Shown here: one piece after another, positions 60,197-64,000 of the stretch | How the letters are laid out: every line of letters starts with the position of its first letter | How positions within the stretch are numbered: position 1 is the stretch's first letter | Assembly: GCA_037133555.1 (NCBI GenBank) | Contig: JBAXNW010000002.1 | Location: 49,637 to 113,636, forward strand | DNA from: Bacteroidota bacterium | GTDB taxonomy: Bacteria; Bacteroidota; Bacteroidia; Bacteroidales; JACABE01 | DNA: 64,000 nt | Reading direction: 5' to 3' | Notes under the pieces: model-generated | Told to the model about the DNA's origin: nothing | Seen by the model: only the letters and a program-made list of their open reading frames with translations | Database searches by the model: none | Position numbers and translations under genes: made by a program

Positions 60197-61255
60197 TTAA
60201 TTTGCAATAAACCTTCCTACTAAGGCTTTCCATGAAATCCATATTGTCTTACCTTGCACAAGTTGTAATTTTTCTACAGATTTACGTGTAATTGTTACAT
60301 GAAATATTTCACCACAATCTACAATAATATCAACACCTATTACAGTGGGTATTATATCCATTATTACTCCTTTAATGCAATTGCTGGCACTGGATGTTTG
60401 TTCTTCAAGTGCAATAATAATTTCATCAGAAGGTATTATAACAAAACCTTCCCCATGCTGTAAATCAGACAATATTTCTATCTTCATACCTGAAGCTAAA
60501 ATGGCTTTATTATTTTCATTTTCTGACGAAGTTTGAAGAATTGCAGGAAAGAAGTTTTTAATACCAATGAATCTTGCAATAAAGGGGTTATTGGGAGCAT
60601 GAAAAATTTCATCGCAGGATCCACAACTGATCAGATTTCCTTGATTTATGACAGCAATTCGGTTTCCCAAGGCCAAGGCTTCTTCAAAATCGTGAGTAAC
60701 ATGTAGAATGGTTATTCCTTTACGGTTAAGTTTTCGTAAAAGGTTACGCAATTGATCTTTCAATTGAATATCAATGGAAACCAAAGGTTCATCAAGTAAA
60801 AGCAATAGGGGCTCAGCAGCTAATGCACGAGCCAAGGCTAGTCTTTGAAGTTCACCACCCGATAAACCCTGGGGCTTACGATTTAGTAAATGAGTTATTT
60901 CAATTTCTTCAGCCAATGTTGCAATTCGTTTTTTTATTTCATATTTCGAATAGTTTTTGGCTTTCAAAGCGTAAGCAATGTTATTGGCTACCGTTAAATG
61001 GGGAAATATTGCATAATCCTGAAATACCATACTGAATCCTCTATCCTGAATTGCTTGTCGGGTAATATCTTTGCCTTTAAAATATATTGATCCAGTGTCA
61101 ACTTTCTCCATACCAGCAATTAATTCAAGTATCACCGATTTTCCAGCACCCGATTCGCCCAATAATACGAAATAGTCACCTTCTTCAACGGTAAAGCTAA
61201 TATTTAATAGCGAAAAGTCTCCAAACTGTTTAGAAATATCCTTTATTTCAAGCAT
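60197..61255 (-). CDS. ABC transporter ATP-binding protein with C-terminal TOBE/Mop-like domain (molybdate/tungstate/sulfate class)
   Basis: Walker A GESGAGKS, signature LSGGELQR, Walker B LLLLDEP. About 120-aa C-terminal OB-like extension. Confidence 0.8.
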   Translation of the reverse strand: MLEIKDISKQFGDFSLLNISFTVEEGDYFVLLGESGAGKSVILELIAGMEKVDTGSIYFKGKDITRQAIQDRGFSMVFQDYAIFPHLTVANNIAYALKAKNYSKYEIKKRIATLAEEIEITHLLNRKPQGLSGGELQRLALARALAAEPLLLLLDEPLVSIDIQLKDQLRNLLRKLNRKGITILHVTHDFEEALALGNRIAVINQGNLISCGSCDEIFHAPNNPFIARFIGIKNFFPAILQTSSENENNKAILASGMKIEILSDLQHGEGFVIIPSDEIIIALEEQTSSASNCIKGVIMDIIPTVIGVDIIVDCGEIFHVTITRKSVEKLQLVQGKTIWISWKALVGRFIAN

Positions 61256-62024
61256 TTTTTTTCCTTCCTGAGATGTATTTAAGTAAAATAAAAAAAATGA
61301 GGCAAACCATTATAAATACGATCGCAACAGGCTGAGCATATTTTAATCCAAAGGAACCAAAACGTTCAAAAATCAAGACAGGAGTTACCATAGGGTGATA
61401 GGCAATAATAACGATGGCACCAAATTCGCTTAAACCTCGAGCAAACATCATTACCAGACCCGAAAAAATACTACGTCCAGCCAAAGGTACTGAAATGGTA
61501 AAAAAAACCCTTGCTGGCGAAGCACCTAAACTCATGGCTGTTTTTTCGAGTCTTATTGGAACCGACAAAAAACCATCTCTGGCAGCGTTTACTAAAAAAG
61601 GGACACTTACAAATGCCATTGCGGCACCTATTCCGAGCGGGTTTCCAATAAAATCAATTCCTAAAGAGGATGCGAACTTTCCGACTACTGAATTTCTGGA
61701 TAAAAAACCTAACAAAGCTATACCTGCCGCTGAATGAGGGATCACAATCGGTAAATCAATAATTCCAAGTACCAAATTTTTAAAATAGAAATCCTTACGT
61801 GCTAATAAATAGGCTAATGGGATGGCCGCAATTGCCATAAACATTGTTGCAAATAGCGATGTCAGCAATGTCAATCTAATACTTTTCAGCACTTCTTCGT
61901 CTTGAATGGTAGCAAACAAATCGGGTGCTGTTGTGGAAATTATCATTCCTACTAATGGAGCAATGATGAATAATAACAACAAACCACCCGCTATCATCAA
62001 TAAAAGTCTGAAAGTATTATTCAT
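61248..62024 (-). CDS. ABC transporter permease (ModB/WtpB/CysT class)
   Basis: Six TM helices. The EAA loop region ARGLSEFGAIVIIA is typical of oxyanion importers. 8-nt overlap with the ATPase gene. Confidence 0.75.
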   Translation of the reverse strand: MNNTFRLLLMIAGGLLLLFIIAPLVGMIISTTAPDLFATIQDEEVLKSIRLTLLTSLFATMFMAIAAIPLAYLLARKDFYFKNLVLGIIDLPIVIPHSAAGIALLGFLSRNSVVGKFASSLGIDFIGNPLGIGAAMAFVSVPFLVNAARDGFLSVPIRLEKTAMSLGASPARVFFTISVPLAGRSIFSGLVMMFARGLSEFGAIVIIAYHPMVTPVLIFERFGSFGLKYAQPVAIVFIMVCLIFFILLKYISGRKKNA

Positions 62025-62469
62025 GTATCTTTAGTTTTTCGAATGGCAAATAGCTTAATTAATCATTATTGTAAAATATATTTATGTCTGGATGATGTTA
62101 GGCAAAATTATAAAAAAACTAACAGTAAATTATTTATCAATAAAATATTGATTTTATGAAACGATATTGTACTGCTAGCTATGAGTTCTAAATTAAAGCA
62201 AAGATAGTCTATTGAGAAGAATTGGCAGACAACTCTTACTTTATGTTATCCAATTTAATTACATGATAATAAGACGAATATCAATATTATTTATCAAAAA
62301 TAATATTATTTAAAAAAGTATTGTAAGAAATGAAATTATCAGAGAATTCATAAATTTAAATTTTTAAAGTAACGTACAAATGAATTCATTTAAACTGTAA
62401 TTTATTTTTCTAAAAAAAATTGTATTTCTATTTTTTTTTCTATCTTAGCACTAATAAAAATAACGTAGT

Positions 62470-62988
62470 ATGCGAATAGAAAGAATCAAGAAACATCAGG
62501 AAAATCAGTTAAATGAGCAGGTTGACCTTAGTTTAATAGACCCATTAATTGCCAAATACAATGGCAAAAAAGGAAATCTGATACCTATATTACAGGGCAC
62601 TCAACAAACTTTCGGTTATATCCCAACAGCTGCTTTCGAAAAAATAGCGAAAGAAACAGGTTTAAAGATAAGTGATATGTATGGAGTTGCTACATTTTAT
62701 GCACAATTTCGTTTAAACCCAGTTGGTAAAAACATTATAAAAGTCTGTCACGGTACAGCTTGCCATGTTCAAAATTCAAATGCAATTACTGAAGCCATAC
62801 AGGAAGCCTTGGAAGTTTTAGATGGAGCTACTACAGAGGATGGCTTATTTACATTGGAATCGGTTGCATGCCTGGGTTGTTGTTCGCTTGCACCTGTTAT
62901 GATGATAGGTGATAATACTTATGCAAAACTAACAGGTAAGGAAGCTGTTGCCATTATAAAAAAAATAAAAGCAGAGGAGTGCAATTAA
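62470..62988 (+). CDS. NuoE/HndA-like thioredoxin-fold [2Fe-2S] ferredoxin subunit
   Basis: Cys pattern CHGTAC...CLGCCSLAPV. Confidence 0.85.
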   Translation: MRIERIKKHQENQLNEQVDLSLIDPLIAKYNGKKGNLIPILQGTQQTFGYIPTAAFEKIAKETGLKISDMYGVATFYAQFRLNPVGKNIIKVCHGTACHVQNSNAITEAIQEALEVLDGATTEDGLFTLESVACLGCCSLAPVMMIGDNTYAKLTGKEAVAIIKKIKAEECN

Positions 62989-62992
62989 AGAA

Positions 62993-63037
62993 AGTACTTT
63001 GAGTACTTAAAGTACTTAAAGTTCATAGAGTGCTGAT
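62993..63037. repeat. degenerate 9-bp tandem repeat (AGTACTTTG AGTACTTAA AGTACTTAA AGTTCATAG AGTGCTGAT)
   Basis: Read directly. Begins 5 nt after the NuoE-like stop codon. Confidence 0.8.
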
Positions 63038-63158
63038 AAACTTTGAATTATTAAATTAGAATTTAAATTATCAAATAAAGAAAAGCGACAGGATGATTTT
63101 TTAGAAATAAATATTTTCTTAATGTCTTTTTTTCCTTGAGTCAAAAAAACAATCGTTT

Positions 63159-64000
63159 ATGGAAAAGATAAAAGTAATAGTTGGACTGGGTAGTTGTGGA
63201 GTTGCTGCCGGAGCTCAAAAAACCTATCAAAAAATACAATCGCTGATGTTAGAAGAAAAATTGGATTTCGAGCTCAGAAAAACCAGTTGTATAGGTATGT
63301 GCTTCCGTGAACCTCTGGTTGAAATTATTGACCAAAGCGGTTCCTATATTTATGGCAACGTAGACGAAAACCGAGCCATTGAAATCATTGGAGAACATAT
63401 TGTAAAACAACAACCCATAAAAGAATATGTAGTTAAAACAGATGTTTTTCCAACTGAAGATAATAAATTTTTTGAAGCACAGGTAAGAATAGCCCTTCGG
63501 CATTGTGGTATGATTGACCCTGAATCCATAGAAGACTATGAAGCACAGATGGGCTATGCTGCCATTCGAAAAATTGCCAACGAAAAAATCACTTATGAAG
63601 CCCTGATTCAATCCATCCTCGATTCAGGTATTCGAGGCAGAGGTGGTGGTGGATTTTCAACTGGTATGAAATGGAGATTTGCCCGCAACAATCAATCTGA
63701 AGAGAAATACATTATCTGTAATGCTGACGAAGGAGATCCTGGTGCATTTATGGATCGTTCTTTGCTTGAAGGAGACCCACATGCAGTTCTTGAAGGTATG
63801 ATTATAGGTGCTTATGCCATAGGTGCTACCGAAGGGGTCATCTATTGTCGAGCAGAATATCCTTTGGCTATAAAACGATTGGAAATTGCCATCAATCAGG
63901 CCAGAACAAAAGCTTATTTGGGTAAAGATATTCTAGGTATAAAAGATTTCAATTTTGACATTCATATCAAAGAAGGTGCTGGCGCTTTTGTTTGTGGTGA
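63159..64000 (+). CDS. NuoF/HydB/HndC-like NAD(P)H-binding flavoprotein subunit, N-terminal part (runs off the right edge)
   Basis: My translation from ATG 63159: MEKIKVIVGLGSCGVAAGA...CIGMCFREPLV (extra 2Fe-2S thioredoxin-like domain), then GRGGGGFSTGMKW, ICNADEGDPGAF and EGAGAFVCG. Not in the ORF track because it is truncated. Confidence 0.9.
   Translation, partial: MEKIKVIVGLGSCGVAAGAQKTYQKIQSLMLEEKLDFELRKTSCIGMCFREPLVEIIDQSGSYIYGNVDENRAIEIIGEHIVKQQPIKEYVVKTDVFPTEDNKFFEAQVRIALRHCGMIDPESIEDYEAQMGYAAIRKIANEKITYEALIQSILDSGIRGRGGGGFSTGMKWRFARNNQSEEKYIICNADEGDPGAFMDRSLLEGDPHAVLEGMIIGAYAIGATEGVIYCRAEYPLAIKRLEIAINQARTKAYLGKDILGIKDFNFDIHIKEGAGAFVCG

Noticed and set aside
62025-62469. Moco riboswitch or small RNA gene upstream of the Mo/W-type ABC permease
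   Set aside because: The region is uniformly very AT-rich. It has no G+C-rich conserved core or extended helices, and only short AT palindromes that are expected by chance.
62986-63036. Stop-codon read-through or frameshift joining the NuoE-like ORF to the 9-mer repeat
   Set aside because: The in-frame extension is only 15 codons before a TGA. It has no slippery site or recoding signal and does not reach the NuoF-like frame.
63249-63611. 120-aa minus-strand ORF from the track
   Set aside because: It lies antisense inside the clearly coding NuoF-like frame (63159 onward; GRGGGGFSTGMKW, ICNADEGDPGAF). It is Phe/Asn-rich shadow sequence typical of AT-rich DNA.

Overview
AT-rich chromosomal segment, about one-third G+C by eye. 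It looks like an anaerobic Bacteroidota genome: gldF/gldG, a T9SS C-terminal sorting domain, a CarboxypepD_reg-type TonB-dependent receptor, recurrent TAnnTTTG -7 promoter boxes and little Shine-Dalgarno signal. I call about 55 protein genes. Most are housekeeping: rpoN, asnS, DAHP synthase/chorismate mutase, birA, rsfS, ftsH, cdsA, psd, ispE, yggS, dnaN, phoH, plsY, clpS, pyrE, prmA and tpiA. There are also envelope proteins and ABC transporter parts. I found no rRNA, tRNA, CRISPR, transposase, integrase, prophage or recognisable defence genes. The best candidate for an undescribed system is 13.8-23.9 kb. Two tandem giant paralogues (995 and 1274 aa) combine two-component input domains (PAS/GAF-like, a degenerate receiver and a canonical receiver) with a PEP/pyruvate-binding ATP-grasp (PPDK_N-type) domain and a conserved C-terminal domain of unknown function. 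They sit between two glutamate dehydrogenase paralogues. Both GDH promoter regions carry the same palindrome, TTAAGTR-N3-YACTTAA, three copies in all. A 13-unit octamer tandem repeat lies between the two giant genes. Secondary curiosities: a radical SAM (twitch/partial SPASM) gene with an overlapping 2-TM mini-protein and no visible precursor; an isolated YgeW-type carbamoyltransferase behind a perfect 22-bp hairpin; a 1.5-kaa secreted protein in the tpiA-prmA string; and a Mo/W-type ABC pair lacking a binding protein, divergent from a NuoE/NuoF-like operon whose 170-nt internal gap holds a 9-mer tandem repeat. All functional calls come from motif recognition by eye; no database search was run.
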